A stretch of 64,000 bases of DNA from Gemmatimonas sp. (GCA_965279375.1 OZ257156.1:2528001-2592000); one strand, 5' to 3'; positions 29,726 through 39,408 are shown, numbered from the stretch's first letter. The notes: generated by a model from the sequence alone, not told the origin. A program made the numbers and translations.

Positions 29726-30973
29726 ATGACAGTCGGCGCGCGATCCCTCAATCCATTTCGGGTTCTCCGAACCCACCGGAACTTCCGGCTCTTCTGGATC
29801 GGCCAGACCCTGTCGCTCATCGGGTCCTGGATGCAGACGATGGCCCTTGGCTGGCTCTCCCTCGAGCTCTCCAACAGCGCCCTCGTCGTCGGAATGGTGG
29901 CGTCCGTCGGCGCGATCCCGATCGTGCTCTTCTCCATGCACGCGGGCGCCTTCGTCGATCGCAGCGACCGGCTCAACCTGGTCCGCATCACGCAGACGAT
30001 CTTCCTGCTCCAGGCGCTGGCCCTCTGGACGCTCACGGAGCTCGGGCTCATCACGATCCCGATCCTGCTGCTCCTGGCGGCAGTGCAGGGACTCTGTTCT
30101 GCCGTCGAGATCCCTGCCCGACAGAGCATGATCATCCAGCTCGTCGGGCGCGAAGACCTTCCACCCGCGATCGCTCTCAACTCGAGCGGCTTCAATCTGG
30201 CTCGCATCATCGGGCCGGCGATCGGTGGCGTGGTCATCCACCAGCTCGGCATCGGCTGGTGCTTCGCGCTCAATGCCATGAGCTTCATCGCGGTGCTGTG
30301 GGGGCTTTTCCTCATCACGCTCCCCGAGTCGGCCGTCCAGCGCGCGCCAATTCGCGTCGCGGAGGCGCTGCGGGAGAGCTCGCGCAACGCGGCCGAAGGG
30401 CTTCGGCATTTTCTCCAGCGCGGTCCGGTGCGCGACCTGCTCGTGCTGGTCACCGTCGGCGCGGTCCTCGACGGCCCCTTCATCGCCCTGATGCCGGTCA
30501 TGGCCCGCGACCGACTCGGACTCGGCGCCGATGGCTACGGCGGACTGCTCACGTCGGTCGGCATCGGCGGATTGCTCGGCGCGCTCACCATTGCCGGACC
30601 GGCATCGCATTGGCGCCGCGGGCGCACGCTCACCGTGGCCAGCCTCGTCTTTCCTGTGCTGTTGTTCGCCTTCGCCTGCGCCCGTACGCCACTCTTCGCC
30701 AATGTGGTGCTGATCGGTACGGGCTATTGGATGATCATTTTCAACTCACTCAGCAACGGCGTCCTGCAGCTGCTCGTGGCCGAACAGTTCCGCGGCCGCC
30801 TCATGGCGCTTTACTCGCTGCTGTTTGTCGGACTGTCGCAGGCCGTCGGCGCGCTGCTCATGGGCGGTCTCGCACGAGTGATCGGCGTCGAGTGGGCCAT
30901 CGGTGGCAGCGCGGCCGTGACGCTCCTCTTCTCGCTCTGGACGGCGAAAGTCTCGAAGCTCGCTGACCTCTAG
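29726..30973 (+). CDS. MFS transporter (DUF894/EntS-like)
   Basis: RNFRLFWIGQTLS, GAFVDRSDR, PARQS, FNLARIIGPAIGG, RGRLMA; 12 TM helices. Confidence 0.9.
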   Translation: MTVGARSLNPFRVLRTHRNFRLFWIGQTLSLIGSWMQTMALGWLSLELSNSALVVGMVASVGAIPIVLFSMHAGAFVDRSDRLNLVRITQTIFLLQALALWTLTELGLITIPILLLLAAVQGLCSAVEIPARQSMIIQLVGREDLPPAIALNSSGFNLARIIGPAIGGVVIHQLGIGWCFALNAMSFIAVLWGLFLITLPESAVQRAPIRVAEALRESSRNAAEGLRHFLQRGPVRDLLVLVTVGAVLDGPFIALMPVMARDRLGLGADGYGGLLTSVGIGGLLGALTIAGPASHWRRGRTLTVASLVFPVLLFAFACARTPLFANVVLIGTGYWMIIFNSLSNGVLQLLVAEQFRGRLMALYSLLFVGLSQAVGALLMGGLARVIGVEWAIGGSAAVTLLFSLWTAKVSKLADL

Positions 30974-32037
30974 CTTCGCGGCCGACTCGCCAGCGCTTCG
31001 GCAACGCGCACGCCGGCCTTGCCATCCCAACCCTCGGGAGCACGAACGGTCGCCGAGCGTACGGCGCGCGATACCAGCGCCGCCACCTCGCGTGGATCCT
31101 GTACGAGCTGGTTGGTGCCTTCTGTGATGGTGATCGGCCGTTCGGTGTTCGGGCGCAAGGTGAAGCAGGGTACTCCGAGTGCGGTCGTCTCTTCCTGCAG
31201 CCCGCCGGAATCGGTCACCACGGCGTGCGCGCTGCGGACCACGTCGAGCATCTCGTGATATCCGATGGGATCCATCAGCCGGATGCCGTCCAGCGCGATC
31301 CCGGTCTCGCGCAAACGCGCTTGCGTGCGCGGATGCGCCGGAAAAATCACCAGTCTGGACTCGGCCACCTCGCGCAGCGCGCGCGCGAGCGCCTCGAGTC
31401 GGGCAGGATCATCCACGTTCGACGGGCGATGCAGCGTGACAACGACATGCGAGCCGTCAGCGCCCATACGTTCAGCGAATCCAGTCTTCGATGCGAGCGG
31501 CAAGGAGGCGAAGAGCGTGTCGATCATGACGTTGCCCACAAAGACGATCTCCGATTCGGGCTCGCCCTCGGCGCGCAGCGTCACGTCGGCGTCGCGCGAT
31601 GGAGTGAGCAGCAGTGACGCGAGTCGATCCGTCACGAGACGATTGATCTCCTCAGGCATCGTGCGGTCGCCGCTGCGCAGCCCCGCTTCGACGTGCGCGA
31701 TACGCACGCCGAGTTTCGCTGCGACGATGGCGGTGGCCATCGTCGAGTTGACGTCGCCGTACAGCACCAGCCAATCGGGCATGTGCGCGATGATGACCGG
31801 CTCGAAGCGTTCGATGATGCGCGCCGTCTGCGCTGCGTGGGATCCAGAGCCCACTTCCAGATTCACGTCTGGCGCAGGAATACCGAGATCGCGAAAGAAC
31901 CCCGCCGACATTGCTTCATCGTAGTGCTGACCGGTATGCACGACGATCTGATCGAGGCCGATCGCGGCTGCAGCGCGGTGCACCGGAGCCAATTTCGGGA
32001 AGTTCGGACGGGCGCCAACGATATGAAGCAGTTTCAC
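30970..32037 (-). CDS. wecB: UDP-N-acetylglucosamine 2-epimerase, non-hydrolysing, copy 2
   Basis: VGARPNFPK, HTGQHYD, GDVNST, HVEAGLRS, TDSGGLQEE. Confidence 0.93.
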   Translation of the reverse strand: MKLLHIVGARPNFPKLAPVHRAAAAIGLDQIVVHTGQHYDEAMSAGFFRDLGIPAPDVNLEVGSGSHAAQTARIIERFEPVIIAHMPDWLVLYGDVNSTMATAIVAAKLGVRIAHVEAGLRSGDRTMPEEINRLVTDRLASLLLTPSRDADVTLRAEGEPESEIVFVGNVMIDTLFASLPLASKTGFAERMGADGSHVVVTLHRPSNVDDPARLEALARALREVAESRLVIFPAHPRTQARLRETGIALDGIRLMDPIGYHEMLDVVRSAHAVVTDSGGLQEETTALGVPCFTLRPNTERPITITEGTNQLVQDPREVAALVSRAVRSATVRAPEGWDGKAGVRVAEALASRPRS

Positions 32038-32207
32038 GGAGACGTGGTTGGGGACTGTGGAGCTGCGGTTCCTTGACGGGTATGGCGACCGGCCGGTCAC
32101 GGCGTCTCGGCCGTCAGCCTGTATTCTGCGTACGGCGCTCACAAGATGGCACAGTGGTTCGCCCAGATGTGGCGAGGATGCGTGCACCCCACTCTGTCGT
32201 GCTCAGG

Positions 32208-32225
32208 TGTTGCGTCGCCGCATCA
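32208..32225. promoter_or_regulatory. Palindromic operator/UAS TGTTGC-N6-GCATCA
   Basis: TGTTGCGTCGCCGCATCA; near-identical copies at 47556, 50222 and 50240. Confidence 0.6.
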
Positions 32226-32471
32226 ACTGGTGCTTCGTCCCATCTACATATTCGCCGAATGGCTCAGCCCGCATGTGTTCAGCGATTCATGAAAGGGCCA
32301 ATGGATGAGCTCGTGCGAGCAGGCAATTAGTTACACTCCATGGACATAGCTTTGGCCTGCAGGTCAATACGACCGATTTTGAGCGGCTTTTTCACTGTCT
32401 TTGTGACGTGCTCGTTCCGAAATGTGGTCGTGGAAAAGTCGCCCGCTAAGAACGCTCACGGTACGACACGC

Positions 32472-32487
32472 TGGCCCACGAATTGCT
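32472..32487 (+). promoter_or_regulatory. Putative sigma-54 -24/-12 promoter of PEP-CTERM gene 1
   Basis: TGGCCCACGAATTGCT (GG-N10-GC, near-consensus TGGCAC-N5-TTGCW). Confidence 0.6.
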
Positions 32488-32722
32488 CCCTTCTTGGTCG
32501 ACGGGCTGGGATTCTGGTTATTCGCCTCTTTGGTCGACCCCAGGCTGGCTCGCTCGATGGGCGATAGCAGTTCCGGACAGAACGGCGGCTGGCGGGTTTA
32601 CTGCCAGGACAGTACGTTCTGATGGGTTCGGGGCTGGGATAGCTCTGGCAGTCAGTTTTGGCCTTGCTGTGGCAGGGACGTTTCAGTTCCAGTCTCAAGA
32701 CACTCTCGCGGAGGAACAACAA

Positions 32723-33511
32723 ATGAAGTTGGGACATGTGGTTAAGGCCGGGTTGCTCGCCGGTGTGTTTGCGTCGACCGCACAGGCACAGAGCCTGACG
32801 GGAACCCTGAACGGCAGCAATTTCTCGAGCCCGTCGGGCGTCGTTGGCCCGTGCGACATCGGACTTGCCCCGATTCTGGGTGTTCGCTCCTGCAACTTCG
32901 CCAACAGCGTCGTGGGCGGCGGTGCGAGCATGAACGTCAACGGTGCGGCCACGGTGACGTACAACGCGGGCCTCGGCGCCTACGTTTATCGCTTGGACTA
33001 CAACTTCGCCGGCTCGGCGCAGGCCCAGCCAAACGCGAACGCGTTCGCAAGCGCGTTGTTCAGCTTCAAGGTGCCGGTCGGCGCGCAGTGGTGGACTACG
33101 GGCAAGTCGTCGATCACCACGTCGGTGACGGTTGATCGCCAGAGCGCCACCCTTCTCGGCAACGGTTCGCTGTCGTCGTTCGCCACGTCCGAGACGTTCC
33201 TCGGTGCCGCCTCGAACGGAAGCTCGGGTCTGAACCTGAACCCGGTCGCCACTGCGGTTCAGCCGATCGTTGGCGTGCCGCTCACGGTCTCCGACACGCA
33301 GTTGGCTGGCCCGAACGCGGTCAACGTGATGTTCGACCAGAACGTCGTCTCGTTCGGCTTCGACCTGATCTCGCCGTCGGATCGCTCCACGTTCTCCGGC
33401 ACGGGCTACGTTGAGTTCACGAACGTTGTTCCTGAGCCGTCCACGTACGCGCTCTTCGCCACGGGCCTCCTCGCCCTTGGTGTCGCCGCCCGTCGTCGTC
33501 GCTCGGTCTGA
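32723..33511 (+). CDS. PEP-CTERM sorting domain protein 1
   Basis: Signal peptide (AQA), Ser/Thr/Asn/Gly-rich body, C-terminal VPEPSTYALFATGLLALGVAARRRR; GAGGA RBS. Confidence 0.95.
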   Translation: MKLGHVVKAGLLAGVFASTAQAQSLTGTLNGSNFSSPSGVVGPCDIGLAPILGVRSCNFANSVVGGGASMNVNGAATVTYNAGLGAYVYRLDYNFAGSAQAQPNANAFASALFSFKVPVGAQWWTTGKSSITTSVTVDRQSATLLGNGSLSSFATSETFLGAASNGSSGLNLNPVATAVQPIVGVPLTVSDTQLAGPNAVNVMFDQNVVSFGFDLISPSDRSTFSGTGYVEFTNVVPEPSTYALFATGLLALGVAARRRRSV

Positions 33512-33569
33512 ACTGCTCGCGGTCTTCTGAAGATCGCGCAGTAGGCAGGACCTGAAACGAAGTAAGTAG

Positions 33570-33610
33570 ACGGGGCAGGGTCCTTCGGGATCCTGCCCCG
33601 TTCTTCTTTT
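33570..33610 (+). terminator. Rho-independent terminator
   Basis: ACGGGGCAGGGTCC-TTCG-GGATCCTGCCCCGT followed by TCTTCTTTT. Confidence 0.85.
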
Positions 33611-33700
33611 CCGTGAACGCCGCGGGAAGACCCGACCGCCCAGTTCAGGCACGCCGATGCATGGCAGCGGCGCGAGGCTGCGCGAGCCGACGCGGGCAAG

Positions 33701-33739
33701 AAAGAACGGCCCCCCGATTCTCCGGGTGGGCCGTTCTTT
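33701..33739. terminator. Bidirectional-type terminator downstream of the TonB receptor gene
   Basis: AAAGAACGGCCCCCCG-ATTCTC-CGGGTGGGCCGTTCTTT. Confidence 0.8.
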
Positions 33740-33854
33740 GTTCGTCGTGGTTATCTCGTCACTCAATACGGCGCACTCCCCGTCACGGCGACTGCTTCCC
33801 GCGTTGGTTACACGCCGGAGCTGCGGGGACTGTGAGCTACAGAGACGGAACCCA

Positions 33855-36026
33855 CTAGCGACCGTGGCTGACGCTGAAGCTGACCGTCACGCTACGCGGC
33901 ATGCCCGGCTCGAACGCGAGCGGTGCACCGCCCACGACATCGGGATTGAGGAACGCCGAGCCGATCCAGCGACGATCGGTCAAGTTTTCGACCGTGATGA
34001 ATCCGCGCACGAACGTGTTACCCACCTGTACGAGACGATTCGCACGAATGCCCGCGCTCAAAATGTGCGACTCCGCGATGTTCACCTTGTTCGCATCATC
34101 CGCGAAGTACTTGCCCGTGCCCTGCAGTCCGAAGTTCGCACCCAACCCTAGCGGCGCCTTTGACGGCGCGAGCACCACGTTCGAGGTGTAGAACCACCCC
34201 GGGATGCCGACGATCTTGTTGCCGCTGAAGTCCGCCAGCTTGCCAGCGCGGCCATAGTGCACCGAGTCCACCACGTACTGCTCGTACGTGTTGCGCGAGA
34301 AGGTCACCGCGTTCTCGAAGCGTACGCCGCCGCGCGCATTCGCTGTCACGCCCACCTCGATACCGGCGCGACGGGCCTGTCCGGCCGTGAAGTAGAAACG
34401 ACCGCCGCGGTACGGTACGACTTCATTCGTCACGTTGGTGAGGTAGCCTGCGATGTCATACGCGACGGACGTGAACACGCCCTTGCCATCGCCGATCGTG
34501 TGCATCTGCTTGCTGCCCACTTCGTACGTCGTTGAGCGAATCGGCTCGAGCAGCGGATTGAGCGCCGTCACGGTGTCTTGCCCAAACGTGCTCGCTGGAT
34601 CGGTTTCGTTGCCTGCCGGTGCTTCGATGCCACCGCCAACAGTCGCGTAGAACGTGTGCGTCGGCGAGACGCGGTAGGACAGCGCCACCTTGGGCGTCAC
34701 GCGTGCGAAGCGCTTGCTCGCGTTGAGCTTCGGATTGATGAAGCTCTTGTAGTAATACGAAATGGCATCGCCGCGCGCGCCGAGCGTGAGCGCGAGCTTG
34801 TCTGTCAGAGAGAACTCGTCTTCGACAAAGACGCCGGAGTTATACGCGCCCTCACCCTTGTTGTCGCGGAGGTCCGTGGCACGCTTGCCGGCGGACGTGA
34901 GGCCGTAGAAAAGAATCGCGCCGTCCTGATACGCCTGATCGAGCCCCGCCGAGAAGCGATTGGCCTTGGTGCCGATCATCTCATGGCGAGTGTACTGGAC
35001 GTTGCCACCGACGTGGTAGCGCGTGAAGTCGCGGAAGGTGCCGCGCTCCGAACGCTGCAGGTACTTGGGATTGATGTATGCCGTCGTCGAGATCGACTGC
35101 GTGGCGTCGATCTGGTGCTCCAGTGAGACACCGAGGCGGCCGAGGCGATTGTAGCGTCGCTCGTCGCGCGTGTTGTACGTCGCGTTGGCCTGCTTGGGGT
35201 CCGCGGCAAGCTGCGCTGCTGACAATGGTCCCGGCACATGCGACAGGTTGTTGGCGCCCAGCAGATGCACGCGCACGAGCGTCCTGTCGCCGATCGGTGC
35301 CGCGAGGCCCGCGTTCAGAATGACGCGACGCGCATCCGAGTTCACGCGCCATCCGTCGAATGTCGTGTTGACCAGCGTGGCATAGGCGACACCCTTGCCG
35401 ATCGTCGTGCCGGCCTGCGCGATGTAGCGCTGCATACCGAAGCTGCCGCTCATCAGCTGCGCCGACATGAACGGGCGATCGATATCCGGTACGGTGGAGA
35501 TGCTCACGACACCGCCCGCAGCGTTGCCCCAGAGCGAGCTGGAATTGGAGCGGATAACGTCAATCGACTCTGCGGCACCCAGGTCGACATTGTCGAACGA
35601 CGTGCGACCATCCGGCTCCGTCTCTGGAATGCCATCCATGAGCACGCGAATGCCGCGAGAGGTGCCGGCGTTGGAGCGATCGCCGGCGCCGCGCGCGCCA
35701 AAGCCACGAATGGTGATCCGCACGTCCGACGTGCCGAATCGCGACTGCACGAGTGCCCCGGGCACGGTGCCCATGGCGTCGTTCAACCCGAAGCCGGTCT
35801 TCGCCTGCCAGTCCTTGCGCGTGATGCGCGTGATGGCGAGGGGCGCGTTGAACGACGAGACGCTCGAGCGTGTCGCGCGCACATTCATGGGCGAGAGGCG
35901 CTGAGCGCTGCTGTCGCGCGCGGTGGAGTCCTGCGGCGTGCGCACCTGCGCGTGCGCGACGGTGGACTGCAGAAGGCACATCGCGGCGCCGAGTGGCGCC
36001 GCGAGTCTGCGGGTGGCGAAGTGCAT
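33855..36026 (-). CDS. TonB-dependent receptor (start 36026 or 36074)
   Basis: Signal peptide, plug motifs ITIRGFG, IRVLMDGIP, SSLWGNAAGGV; beta-barrel; C-terminal PGMPRSVTVSFS. Confidence 0.9.
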   Translation of the reverse strand: MHFATRRLAAPLGAAMCLLQSTVAHAQVRTPQDSTARDSSAQRLSPMNVRATRSSVSSFNAPLAITRITRKDWQAKTGFGLNDAMGTVPGALVQSRFGTSDVRITIRGFGARGAGDRSNAGTSRGIRVLMDGIPETEPDGRTSFDNVDLGAAESIDVIRSNSSSLWGNAAGGVVSISTVPDIDRPFMSAQLMSGSFGMQRYIAQAGTTIGKGVAYATLVNTTFDGWRVNSDARRVILNAGLAAPIGDRTLVRVHLLGANNLSHVPGPLSAAQLAADPKQANATYNTRDERRYNRLGRLGVSLEHQIDATQSISTTAYINPKYLQRSERGTFRDFTRYHVGGNVQYTRHEMIGTKANRFSAGLDQAYQDGAILFYGLTSAGKRATDLRDNKGEGAYNSGVFVEDEFSLTDKLALTLGARGDAISYYYKSFINPKLNASKRFARVTPKVALSYRVSPTHTFYATVGGGIEAPAGNETDPASTFGQDTVTALNPLLEPIRSTTYEVGSKQMHTIGDGKGVFTSVAYDIAGYLTNVTNEVVPYRGGRFYFTAGQARRAGIEVGVTANARGGVRFENAVTFSRNTYEQYVVDSVHYGRAGKLADFSGNKIVGIPGWFYTSNVVLAPSKAPLGLGANFGLQGTGKYFADDANKVNIAESHILSAGIRANRLVQVGNTFVRGFITVENLTDRRWIGSAFLNPDVVGGAPLAFEPGMPRSVTVSFSVSHGR

Positions 36027-36122
36027 GGGTGCGGAAGCGAGGGGAGGGAGGCGGGACGAGCATAAATTATTCATGAACGCCCGACTCTGCCACCCGCGCG
36101 TTCCGCGCGATGGGTTGCTTAG

Positions 36123-37580
36123 CTAACCGTTATAGAAGTCCTGGTTCGGGCGACGGCGCGATTCCCGTTCGGCCCGCCCGTACTTGCCTTCATCGTTCCG
36201 CGAGATCTTGCGTCGGGCGACGAGCGCTTCGAGCACCAGTTCGCAGGCCACGACGATCATCGGATCGTCCCCCTTGGTGGCGAGGCCAAGCGCGACCACC
36301 GCTGAGACGAGCCCGGGAACGAGATCGAAGCCCTGGCGCACCAGGTGCAGCGGAACGTCGTCGGCCACCTGCAGAGCGCCGCCAGCGTCGAACCAGATCA
36401 CCACCTCGTCCGTATCCAGATCCCCGACGCGTTCGCGCAGCGTCGCGTCGCACGCGCGCCGGATCAGCTCCCGGGCAATCGCGGCGCCGCCGACCAGTTC
36501 CCCCTCGTACTCGAGCTCGATCTTGCCCGTGATGGCGGGAAGTGCGGCGTACACATCGGCGACGCGCGGAACGGCCTCGCTGTCGCCGGCACGCAGGGCG
36601 CGCTGCTCTGCATTCGACACGACGTTTTCCATCGCCGTGATCGGCATACGCTGCGACACGCCGGATCGCTTGTCGATGCGCTTGTCGTCGCGCGCCTCAA
36701 AGGCGACGCGCTCCACCACTTCCTCGATCAGATCGGGCACGCGAACCGGCACGCCACCGCTGCGGGTCGTCCACGACTCCTGCCGTGTGATCTGCATGCC
36801 GAGCGATACGCTTTCCGGGTAGTGCGTGATGATCTCGCTGCCGATGCGATCCTTGAGTGGCGTGATAATCTTGCCACGCGCCGTGTAGTCCTCGGGATTG
36901 GCGGTGAAGCAGAGCATCACGTCCAGGCTGAGGCGCACCGGGTAGCCTTTGATCTGGACATCGCCTTCCTGCATGATGTTGAACAGGCCCACCTGCACCT
37001 TGCCGGCGAGGTCGGGGAGTTCGTTCAGCGCGAAGATGCCGCGATTGGCGCGCGGGAGCATCCCATAGTGGATGGTCAGCTCGTCGCTGAGGATGTGACC
37101 GCCGCGCGCCGCCTTGATCGGGTCAACGTCGCCGATGATATCCGCGACGGTGACGTCGGGGGTGGCGAGCTTTTCGACGTAGCGTGCGTCTCGGCCCACC
37201 CATGCGATCGGCGTGTCGTCGCCATGTTCGGCGATGAGCTGCTTGGCGAACTTGGAGATGGGTGCGAACGGGTCGTCGTTCACTTCACTGCCGGCAACTA
37301 CCGGCATTTGCTCATCGAGCAGCGAAACCAGCGCACGGAGGATGCGCGACTTCGCCTGACCGCGGAGGCCGAGCAGAATGAAGTTGTGCTTGGCGAGGAC
37401 CGCATTGACGATCTGCGGCATGACCGTCTCTTCGTAGCCGAGCACGCCACGGAACAGCGGACCGCCCTCTCGCAGTCGCGTGATGAGGTTCCGCCGGAGT
37501 TCGTCTTTGACGCTCCCGGCGCGCGTGGTGGCGTAGTGCGAGCGGCGCAGCGCGCCGAGGGTCTCTGGCAGACGGGACAC
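36123..37580 (-). CDS. Magnesium-chelatase-like AAA+ ATPase
   Basis: GLRGQAKSR (variant Walker A), EKLATPD, ANRGIFALNELPDL, TANPEDYTARG. Confidence 0.9.
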   Translation of the reverse strand: MSRLPETLGALRRSHYATTRAGSVKDELRRNLITRLREGGPLFRGVLGYEETVMPQIVNAVLAKHNFILLGLRGQAKSRILRALVSLLDEQMPVVAGSEVNDDPFAPISKFAKQLIAEHGDDTPIAWVGRDARYVEKLATPDVTVADIIGDVDPIKAARGGHILSDELTIHYGMLPRANRGIFALNELPDLAGKVQVGLFNIMQEGDVQIKGYPVRLSLDVMLCFTANPEDYTARGKIITPLKDRIGSEIITHYPESVSLGMQITRQESWTTRSGGVPVRVPDLIEEVVERVAFEARDDKRIDKRSGVSQRMPITAMENVVSNAEQRALRAGDSEAVPRVADVYAALPAITGKIELEYEGELVGGAAIARELIRRACDATLRERVGDLDTDEVVIWFDAGGALQVADDVPLHLVRQGFDLVPGLVSAVVALGLATKGDDPMIVVACELVLEALVARRKISRNDEGKYGRAERESRRRPNQDFYNG

Positions 37581-37761
37581 GGGTCTGGACTGGTGTGAAG
37601 CGATCAAGGGTGCGATAGGGCAGCGTCGCACTTGGAATGTGGTTCTAGGTACAGCGCGAAAGGAGTGCAAGTTGTGCCCAGCGTCCCTCCGGGTGCTCGC
37701 GCGACGAGCGAAGATGTTTCGTCATCGGTGCTTGGGCGACGAGCCACACTCGTGCTTGGTC

Positions 37762-37789
37762 TTGACACTCGGTCTGGTTGGGGTAAATT
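37762..37789 (+). promoter_or_regulatory. Sigma-70 promoter of the small lipoprotein gene
   Basis: TTGACA-16 nt-TAAATT. Confidence 0.65.
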
Positions 37790-37881
37790 CACCTCGCTTG
37801 AACCCCGTCGGTGCCAGCCGGGGGGGCCGTGCGCTTTTCCTGACGCACGGCGCATACACGCCACTGCCTCGGAGTCTCCAC

Positions 37882-38085
37882 ATGAAGCGCATTGCTCTGT
37901 TCGCCGCCGTTATCGCCCTCGCCGCCTGCTCCGCCAAGGAAGCTGCGCCTGCCGCTGATTCCGCTGCTGCCGCCGCTCCGGCGATGGCTGCTCCGGCCGA
38001 TTCGGCCGCGATGGCCGCTCCTGACACCACCAAGCACGACTCGACGGCCATGGCCGCGCCGGCTGCCGACACGACCAAGCACTAA
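37882..38085 (+). CDS. Small low-complexity lipoprotein (67 aa)
   Basis: GGAG RBS, MKRIALFAAVIALAAC lipobox, Ala/Pro-rich repeats ADSAA, MAAP, DTTKH; has its own promoter and terminator. Confidence 0.85.
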   Translation: MKRIALFAAVIALAACSAKEAAPAADSAAAAAPAMAAPADSAAMAAPDTTKHDSTAMAAPAADTTKH

Positions 38086-38104
38086 GCTGGTCGGTTTGTA
38101 ACAC

Positions 38105-38146
38105 ACGCGGGGCGCATTCTTCGGAATGCGCCCCGCGTTTGCTTTT
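38105..38146 (+). terminator. Rho-independent terminator
   Basis: ACGCGGGGCGCATTC-TTCG-GAATGCGCCCCGCGT then TTGCTTTT. Confidence 0.9.
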
Positions 38147-38163
38147 GTGGTCGCCGGCCGACG

Positions 38164-39267
38164 CTAGTCCGCGTCCGAAAACGGCAACTCCGTCACCTGC
38201 GCAAGCACGCGTCGGCCCTCTACCTCCACCGACACCTCGGCTCCGGAGGGCACTTCGCGGCGAATCATCGCGATCGCGATCGGACCCAATCGCGGCGACA
38301 CCGCCGAACTGCGCACATCGCCTACGACCTTGCCGGACGCGTCGGTCACGGTGGCACCTGCGGGCAGGGGCGCTGTACCGAGCAGGCCGCGCAAATGCCG
38401 ATTCACGTGCCCGCGAAAATGAATGCGCGCCACGGTCTCCTGCCCGGTGTAGCATCCTTTCGTGAAGGAGATCGCGCCCAGCGTGTCCAGGTTCGCCTCC
38501 TGCGGCAGCGTGCTTTCGTCCATGTCCACGCCCCACGCGGGCCTTCCACCCTCTATGCGCGCGACGTTCCACACGTTGCGGGAGCCGTGCGCCGAAGCGG
38601 AGGCCTCAAGTCGCGCCTGAATGATCGGCGCATCGGAGGCGCTCGCCATCAGCAGGAAGCCGGGAAGCGATCCCATCAACGGTGCGCGGATCAGTCGCAC
38701 CGACGCGGGTCCGAGATTCCACGGTCCATGCCGCCAAACTGGCCACTCCGAAAGCGCCGAGATCATGACGTCGCCGAGGTTCTCGGCGGTTGCACCAGCT
38801 CCCCCCAGCAGCGCGATCGCGCGCGGTGCCCGCGCGCCGTAGAGCATCCACGTTGCGTACGCGTCGCCTTCGTCGGTAAGGCGTGCCAGGCGCGGATTGA
38901 TGTACTTCCGCGCGAGCGACAACCAGGTCTCGTTCGCCGATGGCAACATGCCGACAAAGAATGTCTGCTCATCCTCGCGGACGACGAGCATGTCTGCGAT
39001 GACCTTACCCTTGGGTGAGAGCGCGGCTGCGTGCAAGCCGTCGCCCGCTACCATGGCCGCCACGTCGTTCGTCACGAGTCCATTGAGCGCTTCGGCGGCC
39101 TGCGGGCCGTGCAAACGACTCCATCGCACACGAGACTCGCACCACATCGCGTTCGTTCGGAGCGCGCGATATGCCGCCGTCTCCTCCGGCGTAAGCACTG
39201 GCGGCGGAATCAACGGCGCACGACTCACTTCGACCGGCGGTGCGTGCACTTCGCTCGATTCGTCCAT
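38164..39267 (-). CDS. ygfZ: YgfZ/GcvT-like folate-binding protein
   Basis: LSPKGK, RIEGG, signature KGCYTGQETVAR; CAGGAG RBS. Confidence 0.9.
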   Translation of the reverse strand: MDESSEVHAPPVEVSRAPLIPPPVLTPEETAAYRALRTNAMWCESRVRWSRLHGPQAAEALNGLVTNDVAAMVAGDGLHAAALSPKGKVIADMLVVREDEQTFFVGMLPSANETWLSLARKYINPRLARLTDEGDAYATWMLYGARAPRAIALLGGAGATAENLGDVMISALSEWPVWRHGPWNLGPASVRLIRAPLMGSLPGFLLMASASDAPIIQARLEASASAHGSRNVWNVARIEGGRPAWGVDMDESTLPQEANLDTLGAISFTKGCYTGQETVARIHFRGHVNRHLRGLLGTAPLPAGATVTDASGKVVGDVRSSAVSPRLGPIAIAMIRREVPSGAEVSVEVEGRRVLAQVTELPFSDAD

Positions 39268-39408
39268 CTCACTCTCCTGACTCCATCGTCTCCTGCGGCG
39301 CTCACTCCGCCGCAGCGCCTCGCCGTAGCGCGATCTCTCCGTTGCCCATTCCCAACACCGCATCGGCGGCAACACATCCGGAATCGAACCTCGCCAACCA
39401 ATCGCGCG

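Noticed and set aside
32148..32163. TGGCACAGTGGTTCGC as a sigma-54 site
   Set aside because: GG-to-GC spacing is 11 rather than the obligatory 10.
33527..33560. CTGAAGA...GAAA resembling a hammerhead ribozyme core
   Set aside because: Stem II cannot form, and CTGAAGA is part of an ordinary hairpin.
33770..33835. Hairpin-rich segment with GGAAGCAG (minus strand) resembling SRP RNA
   Set aside because: Lacks the CAGG/GGAA tetraloop domain-IV arrangement; may be just a 3' UTR structure.
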